A stretch of 64,000 nt of DNA from Candidatus Doriopsillibacter californiensis (GCA_030386295.1 JANQAO010000004.1:11131-75130); one strand, 5' to 3'. Shown: positions 52,985-63,334, counted from the first letter of the stretch. Program-made: numbers and translations. The notes: generated from the sequence alone by a model not told the origin.

Positions 52985-54256
52985 ATGGAATTAATTAACT
53001 CTTATTATGAGGCTAGTGTATCCCGACCGCCTTCGGAGCCGATGCTAACGGGTGAAGTGCATGCTGATGTATGCGTTATTGGTGGCGGTTTTACCGGTCT
53101 TTCCTGTGCATTGGAATTAGCGCAGGCTGGTCGGAAAGTTATATTGTTAGAGGCCGAACGGGTAGGGTGGGGCGCATCGGGGCGTAATGGCGGACAATGT
53201 ATTTGTGGTTATTCCACCGACGCGCTTGCCGGTCCAGCTCGGCAAGCTGGTGTGACGGAGAAATATCTTTTTGATTTGACGCGTGAGGCAATTTCCTTGT
53301 TGCACGCTCGTAGGCAACAATATTCTATTGACTGTGACTGGCGTAGTGGCTATTTGCTGGCAGCTATTCACGCCCGCCATTGCCGAGAGTTAGAAGAGCA
53401 CGCCAACACATTGACTAATCGTTATCACTATCCGTTGCGCTTGCTGGATTTGCCGGAAACACGTGCCGCTATTGCCAGCCGCCGTTATTGTGGTGCGATG
53501 GTGGATGAACAAAGCGGCCACTTGCATCCGCTCAAATATGTGTTGGGTCTTTCCAATGCGGCTCTTGCCTCCGGTGTGCGCCTGCACGAACAATCGCCAG
53601 CTTTATCGGTCGTTGATATGGGTAACAATATTGAAGTCAAAACAGCTGCAGGTATGGTGTGCTGCAGGCAAGTAGTTTTTGCTGGCAATGCTTATTTGGA
53701 AATCGCCCCTCGTTTGCGCACGCGTGTTATGCCGGCGAGTACGTGTATTGGTGCAACAGCACCATTAGGAGCGGCAGCAGCAGAAAATTTGATTGCCAAT
53801 CAACGTGCCGTATGTGATATGAATTTTGTCATTGACTATTTTCGCTGTAGTGCAGATACTCGTCTGCTATTCGGCGGACGGGTAGATTATGCTAATCGTA
53901 CTCCTTCCGATTTGGCAGGCTGCATTCGCCAGCGTATGGAAAAGGTGTTTCCACAATTAATTGGAGAAAAATTGGATTACGTGTGGGGAGGAGCTGTTGC
54001 CATTACCATTAATCGTTTTCCCGATATCGGGCGACAAGGCAACAATGTTTATTATGCGCAAGGTTTTTCAGGGCATGGTGTGGCATTGTCGGGGTTTGCT
54101 GGGAAAATTCTAGCTGACGCTATTGTGGGGGATACGGAAAAGTTGGACGTGTTCAGCCGCATTCGTCACCGGCCCTTTCCCGGAGGCAACACATTTCGCA
54201 CGCCATTGCTAGTTTTGGCTATGCTGTACTATCAGTTGCGCGATTTGTTTGGATGA
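52985..54256 (+). CDS. FAD-dependent oxidoreductase (DAO family; PuuB / glycine-oxidase-like)
   Basis: 423 aa. The N-terminus has the VCVIGGGFTGLSCALELAQAGRKVILLEAERVGWGASGRNGG dinucleotide-binding fold typical of D-amino-acid-oxidase-family enzymes. Confidence 0.7.
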   Translation: MELINSYYEASVSRPPSEPMLTGEVHADVCVIGGGFTGLSCALELAQAGRKVILLEAERVGWGASGRNGGQCICGYSTDALAGPARQAGVTEKYLFDLTREAISLLHARRQQYSIDCDWRSGYLLAAIHARHCRELEEHANTLTNRYHYPLRLLDLPETRAAIASRRYCGAMVDEQSGHLHPLKYVLGLSNAALASGVRLHEQSPALSVVDMGNNIEVKTAAGMVCCRQVVFAGNAYLEIAPRLRTRVMPASTCIGATAPLGAAAAENLIANQRAVCDMNFVIDYFRCSADTRLLFGGRVDYANRTPSDLAGCIRQRMEKVFPQLIGEKLDYVWGGAVAITINRFPDIGRQGNNVYYAQGFSGHGVALSGFAGKILADAIVGDTEKLDVFSRIRHRPFPGGNTFRTPLLVLAMLYYQLRDLFG

Positions 54257-55314
54257 ACGGTATGCTTATTGTCGGTGGTGGGCCAGTGGGCATGACACTA
54301 GCGTTGGCGCGTCCTCAAACTGCAATGTTATTGTCCTTGCCGGCACAAAAATCTAGCAGAGTTTATGCTTTGGGAGGTAAAGCATCCGCTTTTTTGCAAC
54401 GGATAGGCGCACTTCCTATAGGCAATCCAGTTCGGCGCTTTTTGCTAACAGCAGATAATGAACAAATAAATATTCATGCTTCTGCAGTTGGTGTAGATGT
54501 GCTGTGCCATATTGTAAGAGAATCGGCGTTGTTGGAATGCCTGCAAGCGCGGATATTAGATGAAAAGGTGAACTGTCGCACGCTGTCTAAGGATTCTCGT
54601 ATTATTGATTATCAAGTTTCTTTAGAAACTGGACGATTATTCTTGAGTGATGGCGGGCATTATGAGACGGAACTGCTTATTGCCGCCGACGGTGCTCGCT
54701 CGGCAGTAGCTACTGCTGCATCAGTCGGTGCGGCGGTACACTCTTTTGAGCAGCGCGCGTTGACCATGGTATTACGTGCGCCTTTGGATGATGATTGTGC
54801 AGCGCAATGGTTTTCTCAGCGTAATGTGCTAGCGTTATTACCACTGGGTGGTGGCTTGTTTTCACTGGTATGGTCATTGTCAGAACTTCAAGTACACACG
54901 CTGCTGGCCAAAGGCAGCAAAGCGGTAGTGGCAGCGGCGGCGGCACACATTAATATGCCTTTGGAAGCGGTAGATGCGACAATGTTTTCTTTCCCGTTGT
55001 TTTCGATGCGTCGTGCTGTGCGTGTGACTCAACGGTTGGCATTTGTCGGCAATGCCGCGCGTGTTATTCACCCATTGGCGGGGCAAGGATTAAATTTGGG
55101 ATTGTTGGATGCCGAATTGTTATGGCAATGCTTAGATAAAAATAAAAATGTTGCCGAAGCGTTGGCGGTGTACGCTGAAGGTAATTGGCAAGGAGGATGG
55201 TGGAATCTGCTCACCGCATCTTTTAATGAATCAAGATGGTTGCCAGCGGTAGCTTTGAAAATGGGTAAACAAAAATTTTTGAGACAGTTGGCCGTAGCGA
55301 TTTCAAATAGTTAA
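54253..55314 (+). CDS. FAD-dependent monooxygenase of the UbiH/UbiF/UbiI (Coq6) family
   Basis: 353 aa. It starts LIVGGGPVGMTLAL. It has the AADGARSAV and GNAARVIHPLAGQGLNLGLLDA signature segments of UbiH-family hydroxylases. It overlaps the preceding gene by 4 nt. Confidence 0.65.
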   Translation: MNGMLIVGGGPVGMTLALARPQTAMLLSLPAQKSSRVYALGGKASAFLQRIGALPIGNPVRRFLLTADNEQINIHASAVGVDVLCHIVRESALLECLQARILDEKVNCRTLSKDSRIIDYQVSLETGRLFLSDGGHYETELLIAADGARSAVATAASVGAAVHSFEQRALTMVLRAPLDDDCAAQWFSQRNVLALLPLGGGLFSLVWSLSELQVHTLLAKGSKAVVAAAAAHINMPLEAVDATMFSFPLFSMRRAVRVTQRLAFVGNAARVIHPLAGQGLNLGLLDAELLWQCLDKNKNVAEALAVYAEGNWQGGWWNLLTASFNESRWLPAVALKMGKQKFLRQLAVAISNS

Positions 55315-55326
55315 TGCCGCGGTAAT

Positions 55327-58300
55327 TTATTGACTACCTTCTTGCTTGGCAATATTAAGGTGTCGTTGCGCTTTTTCAGGTTCTTCCACTGAGATATATA
55401 TGCCAGACAGCATTTTGTGAACTGATACGTTGCGTGGCTCAATTTCCAACGCTTGATTGAGTATACTGACTGCTTCAATAGCGCGGTTACGCTGCACTTC
55501 AATAGCAGCAATTCTTAAATAACTCTCAATTTGTTCAGGGTACTTTTCTATGATTTTCAGGTAAGCGTCAATGGATGCATCCATATTGGACAGCCGATGC
55601 TGAGAGAAAGCCAAGAGCCTCAAATAATTTAGGTCTTCTGGCGCTTTGGCGGGAAGTAACAATTCTAACTGTTCTACAACGCCCCTATAGTCTTTAATGC
55701 TAAATAATGCTCTTGCATAATTGTGGCGTACGATGTTTTCGCTGGACAAATTTAATTTTCCGATTTCTAGTGCTTTTGCATAGTCTTCCGCTGCGCGTAC
55801 ATAATTTTCGATGGCCATATAAAACCCAGCGCGGTTTTGGTAGGTACGTGCCGGATTTTTGGTACGAATGGTTTCGTGAGAAAGCAACTGTGTATACAAA
55901 TCAATGGCTTTATTAAAATCTCTTTCTTCCACCGCTTGGTCAATGCTTTTTATAAATTCACTCTCATCAGTGTAGTTTACAAAAATAGCCTCTGCACTCT
56001 GATTTTTCTTTGATAATTTTTCTGCGGTGTCGCGAGGCAGACGTTGTTCAAGAACCGCAATGCGAGCTTCTATGCGCTCGGCATTGTTCGCGTCATTGCT
56101 TTGCTTATAGACATTTAATAGTGCCCGTAATATAGAAGTTGAGGCATTCTGTTTTTTACGCATATTTTTCAAGTGGTTAATGGCATGTTTGCTGTCGCCA
56201 ACTGCAGCTAACGCTAAACAGGCATCAACTTGCGCAATAACGTGGTGGTGCTTTTCTGCTTCTTGTAAGATAACTCGTATTTCTTCAGCGTTAATATTAT
56301 CGGCGGCGGATGCTGATTTGAGGCGTGCGTCAAGCGCACGTAGTGCAATATCATCAACGACACTGCCCGTTTTGGCCGCTTCTGCAATAAAAGGATAAAA
56401 ATATGAGGTTCTTTCTATAAAATTGTAATCAAGATAAATGTGTGCGAAATCATTGGCGATTTCGGCTTTACGCTGTGCGGTGGGAGCTTTTTCTATAGCT
56501 AATTTTGCTTGTTCCATCCCTGAGGTAGAGGAGGGAGTATTTCGAACATCAAGAAGAGCTTTGGCATGCAACCCTATTGATTCATCCTTAAGCTGAAAAG
56601 AAGATACTTGAAGTAATTTATATGTTTTTTGGCGACTACCATTTTTTGCATATGTTAGTAACAGGCGGTTCAAAATAGCCTCATCAAAGGGAAACTTGCG
56701 ATACCCTTGTTCTAAGGTGTCTATCATAAGGAGTTGTTGTTGACGAAGCTCATACAAGTCAGCAAGAGTATCTACCACACGAGGTTCCTCTGGTAACAAT
56801 ATTTGCAATCTCCGCGTTAGTGTAGCGGCTTCAGCGTAATTTCCAGAAAGTTTTTCCAATACGATAGCGGCGTTAAGTAGCAATGACGATTCGGGATTGT
56901 TACTAAGTTCATCAAGCAACTCAACGCGTGTTGTTTCTGGTTGCCGTTGTGCGCTAATATCAAGTAAGAAAGATAGCGCTAACAGTTCGTTATTGAGGAG
57001 GTTGCGTTTTTGTGCTTGTTTTATTAATTCGGCGGCTTTTTTTTCATTACCGGCATACATAAGTAAAAAGACATAATTATTTAATGCGACAGTATTAGTT
57101 GGATCAGTGTCTGTCGCTTTTTGATACATTGCCAGGATATCATCATTTGGTAAATTTCCCTCCTGTCGCGACCACGCAGCCCCCGCAGCATAGGCGAAAG
57201 AATACGTGCTGGGCGTACGCTGGTTAATTTCTTCATAGTGTTTTTGAGCGGATTGAGTATCTCCATCTGCCATGTCCAAATAGGCAATAATGTACTGCGA
57301 CAGTAAAGATTGCGATGCGACAGTTGATTCAACAATAATTTTACGGGCTTGTTTGTGATTTTTATCAATAACGTAAGATAACGCTTGCAAGGCGACAATG
57401 TCGGAGGCCGGCGTGCTATTTTCTTGTTGAGCCAATGCTTCTACGTTTAGCGGTATACCGTAATAATTGTTAAACCCTTCTGTGTTGACGGCAAAACCAA
57501 GATTTTTGTCTATTGGCATTGGTTTTTTTAATTTGTCAAATGGCAACGGGAATTTTTCGCCGATTTTGACGTCTGTATTTTGCAAATAAAAATAATAGGA
57601 ATGGAGTAATAGATCGTTTAATGTTTGCGTTTCTTCTACTGATAGTTCTGTGTTGGATAATGTGTCAACGGTTTTTTCTAGATAATCGCGTGCGATGACA
57701 GGGTTGTTTTCTAAAAGGGCAAAAATTCCGAGCAATGCATATACGGGTGGATAAGAGCTATATTTGCTTTTTTCCAATAGTGACATGGCTTTTTGAGGTG
57801 CGTTACCATAGTTTGCTGCAGCGTTGATATAACTGGCTTTTGGTAATTCGGAAAATTTTTGAGATAACGGTCTCAGTGTTTTTTCTGCCTGCATTATGTT
57901 TCCAGACATTAGTTGCGCGCGTGCCAGCAGAATAATTTCTTCTTCGGATGGATTGGCAAATTCTGCGTATTGGGTCAGCGATTCGAGTGCTACTGAGTAA
58001 TTTTTTTCTACTAGAGCAGCCTTTCCTTCTTTTAGAAAATTATTGGCACGTAGGTTAAACCAAGTGTAGCCCCCGGAAACTAAAACTAATACGACAGCAA
58101 TAGCAATGATGATATTTTTGTTTTGGATAAAAACAAGAGTCTTTTGATGAAGGGAGAAAAAATCAGAAGGCGGCGGGAAATCCTCTGGCACCTCTGGTGT
58201 ATTTTTCTGCTCATACCTTGGTGCTATTGGCTCAAGTGTGGTGGGTATTGATGACGAAGGGGTAGCAGTAGTTTCTGAGGAAACTAAGCTATTTTCCTGT

Positions 58301-58335
58301 TTCTCAAGCTTCTTTGTTTTAAGATAGATAGACAT
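55327..58335 (-). CDS. 1002-aa single-pass membrane-anchored tetratricopeptide-repeat (TPR) protein, paralog B
   Basis: A K/S/T/P-rich N-terminal segment of about 70 aa, one TM helix (IIIAIAVVLVLVSGGYTWF), and about 900 aa of TPR-like repeats running to the C-terminus. There is no catalytic or beta-barrel domain. Confidence 0.7.
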   Translation of the reverse strand: MSIYLKTKKLEKQENSLVSSETTATPSSSIPTTLEPIAPRYEQKNTPEVPEDFPPPSDFFSLHQKTLVFIQNKNIIIAIAVVLVLVSGGYTWFNLRANNFLKEGKAALVEKNYSVALESLTQYAEFANPSEEEIILLARAQLMSGNIMQAEKTLRPLSQKFSELPKASYINAAANYGNAPQKAMSLLEKSKYSSYPPVYALLGIFALLENNPVIARDYLEKTVDTLSNTELSVEETQTLNDLLLHSYYFYLQNTDVKIGEKFPLPFDKLKKPMPIDKNLGFAVNTEGFNNYYGIPLNVEALAQQENSTPASDIVALQALSYVIDKNHKQARKIIVESTVASQSLLSQYIIAYLDMADGDTQSAQKHYEEINQRTPSTYSFAYAAGAAWSRQEGNLPNDDILAMYQKATDTDPTNTVALNNYVFLLMYAGNEKKAAELIKQAQKRNLLNNELLALSFLLDISAQRQPETTRVELLDELSNNPESSLLLNAAIVLEKLSGNYAEAATLTRRLQILLPEEPRVVDTLADLYELRQQQLLMIDTLEQGYRKFPFDEAILNRLLLTYAKNGSRQKTYKLLQVSSFQLKDESIGLHAKALLDVRNTPSSTSGMEQAKLAIEKAPTAQRKAEIANDFAHIYLDYNFIERTSYFYPFIAEAAKTGSVVDDIALRALDARLKSASAADNINAEEIRVILQEAEKHHHVIAQVDACLALAAVGDSKHAINHLKNMRKKQNASTSILRALLNVYKQSNDANNAERIEARIAVLEQRLPRDTAEKLSKKNQSAEAIFVNYTDESEFIKSIDQAVEERDFNKAIDLYTQLLSHETIRTKNPARTYQNRAGFYMAIENYVRAAEDYAKALEIGKLNLSSENIVRHNYARALFSIKDYRGVVEQLELLLPAKAPEDLNYLRLLAFSQHRLSNMDASIDAYLKIIEKYPEQIESYLRIAAIEVQRNRAIEAVSILNQALEIEPRNVSVHKMLSGIYISVEEPEKAQRHLNIAKQEGSQ

Positions 58336-58337
58336 TT

Positions 58338-61229
58338 TTAACTCCCGTCAATTAGTTGGGCCAACACTGCATTATTTTCCTTTGCAGCTAACATATCAAA
58401 GGCGGTTTGTTTTTTGTATAATGCTTTGTAAATGGGTGCGTACAGCGGCGTAGCGCGCGCAGCCTGGCGCAATACCGCAATGCTACTTGAGGTATCTTTT
58501 GCTCTGGAATGAGCGTCAGCAAGTGAAATATAAGAGGGGATGTCAAGAGGAAAAAATGCGATGGTTTCCTGCAAGTAAGTAATAGCCGCATCAATATCTT
58601 CGTTGCTGACTAAGGCATCACCGGCTAAGCGGCGGTATAGTGGTGTTTTAGGGAATGTTTCCGCTAATTGCTGATAGATAGCAAACGCCTGTTCGTATTT
58701 ATTTAGAAACATAAAATTCTTAGCTAGATAAAAAAGCGCATCATTTTCATTTTCCACTTTTAGGGCAAGGGCTTGTTTAATATCAGCGACGCTGTCGGCA
58801 TATTTCCGTAGCGCCAGAAAAAAAGTGCCGCGCTGAAAATGCAATAATGCCTTTTGTTCATTTGTTTTCGTTGCGGCCAATAGTTGCTGGAACCCGGCTA
58901 TTACTGTGCTGGAGTTACTATCGTTTTGTAGTGCGGCAGCAATGGATTGAGACAATTTCGCATCAGGTGGGGACAGTACACGATAAGATTCAACGGACAT
59001 TTTTTCACCCTTAAGTGCATGACGGATGTTATCAATAGCGGCGGTGGTTTTTGCGGCTAATTCATGCAAATTTTGCGAGTCCTGAAGTGTGGCAACGATT
59101 TCTAGTAAATTAACATCCGCTGGTTTCCAAACGGTGGCGGCTTGTAACATGGACAAAGCTTCAGCAGGATTACCCAAAGCTACCATGGCCAAGCCAGCGT
59201 GATATTGTGTGTCATACAGCAGCGATTCGGATGCTGCTTTTTTGGCTAGCAAGTATGCGGCTGCAGGATCATTTTCTGTTTGTAGCTGTGCTAGCATGGC
59301 GCGCCCGGCGGGCGGCAACGAATCAGCGGCAGATAGTAATTCACGCAATAGAGTCGTATTTGTGTCAAATAGCACCGGAGCTGCGCGCATCGCTGCTTCA
59401 GCTTGATTTGATGAATTTTCAGTAGCAGTAATGCCTTGTTCAAATGCCGCTAATGCCCCAATTTTGTTCTTTTCTTGATGGAGGATAAGTGCTTCTAGAA
59501 CGCTGGATTGTAGTAAGTAACTTTCTTGCTCTGACAGTGTGTTGAGATGTTCTTTAGCGCCATTAATATCGCCAACTGCCAGCGCTACCAAACCTAGTTG
59601 ATAGTCAACTCGCCCGTCTTTATGTGTGCGTTTTTGAGCTTCTTGTAATACATTGCGCGCGCGCATGTAAAGTCCAGTATCATATAGCAAATCAACATAG
59701 TGCAACAGCGAGTCAAAATTGTTTGCGAGGTCTTGCTCTGTTGGTTGTAACAAGTATATAGCGGTGTCGTAATCGCCATTGGCAATACTATGAGCGGCAA
59801 GCGCGTTACGTTTGCTGAGGTCGTGTTCGGGCACTGCCTGCGCCAGAGAAGAAATGTCTTCTTGGCCATTTTTTATTTCTAACAGTAGTTTTAGCAAATG
59901 TGTTTGGTCTGCAGTAATGTTGGCAATTGTTTTCACATCCGCTAGAGCGCGACCCCAATTGCCAAGCATCATGTGTAATGCGGCGCGATTACTACGGGCG
60001 ATGGCGTTGTCATGCTCTAGATTAATCGCTTGGTCTAACAGCGCTAGTGCGCTTATTGCGCCCGCAATCGTGGGTTGTGAGCTAAAAATGCTGTTGGCGG
60101 CATTGATAAATCCCGTTGCTGATTTGGGAAACGTCTTCGTTAAAGATTGAAATGCTATCGCTGCTTCCTCAGTTTTTCCTATCAACGCTAAGCGCAATCC
60201 GACCAAACTGGCCGCAGCGGGAGAATTTTTTAATGTGCTTTCTGAAAACTGCGATATTTCTACCTGTGCTTCATTAAAATCTTCTTCTTCAAGAAGTAGT
60301 CGCGTGTAGTGTACGGCAATAATATTGCTGGGCGTTAATTTTTCGGTAACATTACTATCTCGCAACGACTCGTAAGCATTAATATAAAAATCAGCACCTA
60401 TGGCGACCCCAAAAGCATTTTTCAATCGCCAGCGCAACACGGTATCTATATCGGGCGAAGGGGTGCCGTAATCACGCTTAAATTTGAGATTAGCCTCAAC
60501 ACGCTTATGTACAGCATAAATGGCAGCAACGTCAGTGTCAGGATCGCTACGCAAGACATCGTCAGCCTGTAAGAAATCTTCACGAGCTTGTCGAACTTCA
60601 CCTTGTTCAGCTAGCATAATCCCACGCAATAACCGCCCGCCAGCATGTCCCGGATTCATTACAATCAGTGTATTTAGCGCTTCCAGTGCTTTGTTAGAAG
60701 GTGCTACGAGCAATGCGTAATTAAAGAGAAAGTCCGGATTGGTTGAGTAATCCTGAGTTTGAGTAATTTTCTCCATTGCCGAAACGGCATAGCCATGGTT
60801 GCCAGTTTTTATAGCAGCCCGCGCTGCGTAAAATAAAGCTTCGGTGTCGTCCGAGTTATCGGCAAGATACTTTTGAAATTGCCCAAGCGCGGTAGCGTAA
60901 TCTCCTTTGTCAAAAGTGCTGAAGGCGTCGCTGCGTTGAATAAGCGATTGAATATTAGGTAATATAATGACCGCCAATAGCAATATAACACCGCTGGCAA
61001 TGGTAATTGTTTTGTTTTTGCTTATTTTGTTTAGTGAAGGGAGCGACGTCGCTATTGTTTTTATTTTGCTTTTTTGTATTTTGTCTTTAATAGATTGAAC
61101 AAAATTCTCAATTAGCGCAATAAAATCAACGCGAGCTTTAACTTCCGGAATATCTGGTTGAACTGTACGCGCCAAATGACTCAAATCTGCGCGTTTGTCT
61201 TTGTCAGATGATACTTTTTCTTCAACCAT
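58338..61229 (-). CDS. 963-aa single-pass membrane-anchored TPR protein, paralog A
   Basis: A charged N-terminal segment of about 75 aa, one TM helix (ITIASGVILLLAVIILP), then TPR repeats throughout. Its stop is 2 nt from the start of paralog B, so the two are translationally coupled. Confidence 0.7.
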   Translation of the reverse strand: MVEEKVSSDKDKRADLSHLARTVQPDIPEVKARVDFIALIENFVQSIKDKIQKSKIKTIATSLPSLNKISKNKTITIASGVILLLAVIILPNIQSLIQRSDAFSTFDKGDYATALGQFQKYLADNSDDTEALFYAARAAIKTGNHGYAVSAMEKITQTQDYSTNPDFLFNYALLVAPSNKALEALNTLIVMNPGHAGGRLLRGIMLAEQGEVRQAREDFLQADDVLRSDPDTDVAAIYAVHKRVEANLKFKRDYGTPSPDIDTVLRWRLKNAFGVAIGADFYINAYESLRDSNVTEKLTPSNIIAVHYTRLLLEEEDFNEAQVEISQFSESTLKNSPAAASLVGLRLALIGKTEEAAIAFQSLTKTFPKSATGFINAANSIFSSQPTIAGAISALALLDQAINLEHDNAIARSNRAALHMMLGNWGRALADVKTIANITADQTHLLKLLLEIKNGQEDISSLAQAVPEHDLSKRNALAAHSIANGDYDTAIYLLQPTEQDLANNFDSLLHYVDLLYDTGLYMRARNVLQEAQKRTHKDGRVDYQLGLVALAVGDINGAKEHLNTLSEQESYLLQSSVLEALILHQEKNKIGALAAFEQGITATENSSNQAEAAMRAAPVLFDTNTTLLRELLSAADSLPPAGRAMLAQLQTENDPAAAYLLAKKAASESLLYDTQYHAGLAMVALGNPAEALSMLQAATVWKPADVNLLEIVATLQDSQNLHELAAKTTAAIDNIRHALKGEKMSVESYRVLSPPDAKLSQSIAAALQNDSNSSTVIAGFQQLLAATKTNEQKALLHFQRGTFFLALRKYADSVADIKQALALKVENENDALFYLAKNFMFLNKYEQAFAIYQQLAETFPKTPLYRRLAGDALVSNEDIDAAITYLQETIAFFPLDIPSYISLADAHSRAKDTSSSIAVLRQAARATPLYAPIYKALYKKQTAFDMLAAKENNAVLAQLIDGS

Positions 61230-61338
61230 ATGCTATTTCTCTTATCACATAATAGGAAGTCGTTTTTATGACATCTCGCCGTAAATGCCAAAAAAATTAC
61301 TTATAGTTCCCTTAAACTTTGATATTATACTACTAGAA

Positions 61339-62655
61339 TTAATCACACACTTTGATTGATGCACTAGGGGCGTTCTTTTTGCATGTTTTGGTTAAATTTA
61401 CAACAATTAGTTCAGCTAGTAATTCCAGCCAGTGCATTGTCGGTAAGCCGCCGCTAGTCAAAAAAAGCTGACAGCCGATATTGGCCGTAACCGTACGTTG
61501 ACCATCGCAGGCGGTCAAGTTGCGTATTTTATCTGCGCGCAGCCGCTTTGCTCGGCTTGGCTGTAGTAAAGAGTAAGTGCCGGCAGAGCCGCAGCACTGG
61601 GTTTTATTTGTCGGTAGCGTAATGTCGTAGCCTGCGGCGCTTAATAATGCTTCCACGCGTCCGCCCAAATCTAGGGCATTTTGCATGGTGCATGGTGAAT
61701 GATAAGCGATTTTTTTATTTGTTGGTGGGTATAGTTTTGTTTGCAATACGGGCCATTCTTGTTCCAGTAGTTCAATAATATTGAGTGTTTTTTTAGTTAC
61801 CAGTGCTGCTTCAGGAGTATTGAGTTGATGTGCGTATTCTCGTACCATAACATCGCAGCCGCTGGCGGTCATGATTACCGCTTCTGCTTCTCCTGAACGC
61901 AACAGTGTTGCCCAAGCTGCTACGTTGCGGCGCATGTCCGCTTGTGCTGCTTCTTGCTGATTTAGATGAAATCGCAAGGCACCACAGCAACCAGTATTTG
62001 GTGGATTGATTACGCCAATACCGATGGCGCCAAGCACGTCCACTAGCGCGGCGTGAGTTTGCGCAGACAAGGCACTTTCGGCACAGCCGGCGAGCATGAT
62101 GACGTTGCGTGAATGTCGCACTGGGTGTGGCAGGCGGCGGCGTTCAAAGTGGGCGCGCCAGCTAGTGGGCAACGCAAATCGTCCCATTGTTGCTATTGCA
62201 GCCATCATGTTTAGCAGGCGAGGATTGCTCAAAACGGTACCGACTAACCGTCGTAGCCATACGGATGCTTGAGTTCGTGCGGGTTCGGCAGCGTGACGGC
62301 CAATGTCGAGTAATTCACCATAACGCACACCGGATGGGCAGGCGGTTTCGCACGCACGGCAAGTTAGGCAACGGTCTAAATGTTTTAGTGTTATTGCCGA
62401 CGGTGCCCCTTGTGCTAGCATTTCGTTGATGAGGTAAATTCGTCCGCGTGGGCTGTCGCGCTCATCGCCGTCTAGAGCATATGTGGGGCAAACCGCACAG
62501 CACATGCCGCAGTGTACGCAGCTGCGAATAATATCGCGTGCTTGTCCGGCGGCTTTCTCATCAATAAAATCGGGTGAAATATTACTTTGCACGTTTTTTG
62601 CTGAATGGGTGCTAGCGCATGGCGGTTGAGGTGTTCCGCACGTGCTTACATCCAA
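61339..62655 (-). CDS. glycolate-oxidase-type iron-sulfur subunit (GlcF-like; 2x 4Fe-4S plus 2x CCG domains)
   Basis: Collinear with E. coli GlcF, including [43 protein letters not shown] and C-terminal CCG motifs. No glcD or glcE sits next to it. Confidence 0.75.
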   Translation of the reverse strand: MDVSTCGTPQPPCASTHSAKNVQSNISPDFIDEKAAGQARDIIRSCVHCGMCCAVCPTYALDGDERDSPRGRIYLINEMLAQGAPSAITLKHLDRCLTCRACETACPSGVRYGELLDIGRHAAEPARTQASVWLRRLVGTVLSNPRLLNMMAAIATMGRFALPTSWRAHFERRRLPHPVRHSRNVIMLAGCAESALSAQTHAALVDVLGAIGIGVINPPNTGCCGALRFHLNQQEAAQADMRRNVAAWATLLRSGEAEAVIMTASGCDVMVREYAHQLNTPEAALVTKKTLNIIELLEQEWPVLQTKLYPPTNKKIAYHSPCTMQNALDLGGRVEALLSAAGYDITLPTNKTQCCGSAGTYSLLQPSRAKRLRADKIRNLTACDGQRTVTANIGCQLFLTSGGLPTMHWLELLAELIVVNLTKTCKKNAPSASIKVCD

Positions 62656-63272
62656 TAGCTGCTACGCGTCATCAACCGACCAAACAAGTGCATTGCTCCT
62701 TTAACTGGAGGTGGAAGGTCAACGCCACCCATTGATATCGCGTTGCTGGCATGTTGCTGTTCGTCAACATCCATTTGTTCTACAATACGGCGGCTTTTTT
62801 CGTCATTTGCCGGCAATTTTTGCAAATGACTTTGCAAATGTGCTGATACTTGCTGTTCAGTTTCGGCCACAAACCCCAACGATACTTTATCCGACACTAG
62901 AGCGGCGGCGGCGCCAATGGCAAAAGAACCACCGTACCACAGTGGATTGAGGAAGCTTTGCCGCCCGCCTAATTCATGAATACGTTGTGCTGTCCACGCC
63001 AAGTGATCAATTTCTTCGTCGGCGGCTTCTTGTAGCGCATTCGTTATTTTCTGATCACGAGAAAATAACGCCTGTCCTTGATATAACGCCTGTGCGCAAA
63101 CTTCACCACAATGATTGACGCGCATTAATGCCGCTGCGTGGCGTCGCTCGGCATCACTCATATCTGTTTCCGATGCTTCATCCGCTGGCGTTGGGCGCTT
63201 CGCGGTAATTGGTGTAAAAATTGTTTTTAGGCCGTTGCCCACAATGTCAAATAAGCGATTTTTTAATGTCAT
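62646..63272 (-). CDS. coq7: ubiquinone biosynthesis di-iron hydroxylase Coq7 (bacterial CLK-1 homolog)
   Basis: It has the [27 protein letters not shown] and DEQQH carboxylate-bridged di-iron ligand motifs. Collinear with Pseudomonas Coq7. The start was set at [11 protein letters not shown]. Its 3' end overlaps the glcF-like start by 10 nt. Confidence 0.75.
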   Translation of the reverse strand: MTLKNRLFDIVGNGLKTIFTPITAKRPTPADEASETDMSDAERRHAAALMRVNHCGEVCAQALYQGQALFSRDQKITNALQEAADEEIDHLAWTAQRIHELGGRQSFLNPLWYGGSFAIGAAAALVSDKVSLGFVAETEQQVSAHLQSHLQKLPANDEKSRRIVEQMDVDEQQHASNAISMGGVDLPPPVKGAMHLFGRLMTRSSYWM

Positions 63273-63334
63273 GCGTTTGTCACCATTGAAAGTTTGCAAT
63301 TAAGATAAAGAATCCTATCATGAATTTCCCGTCG

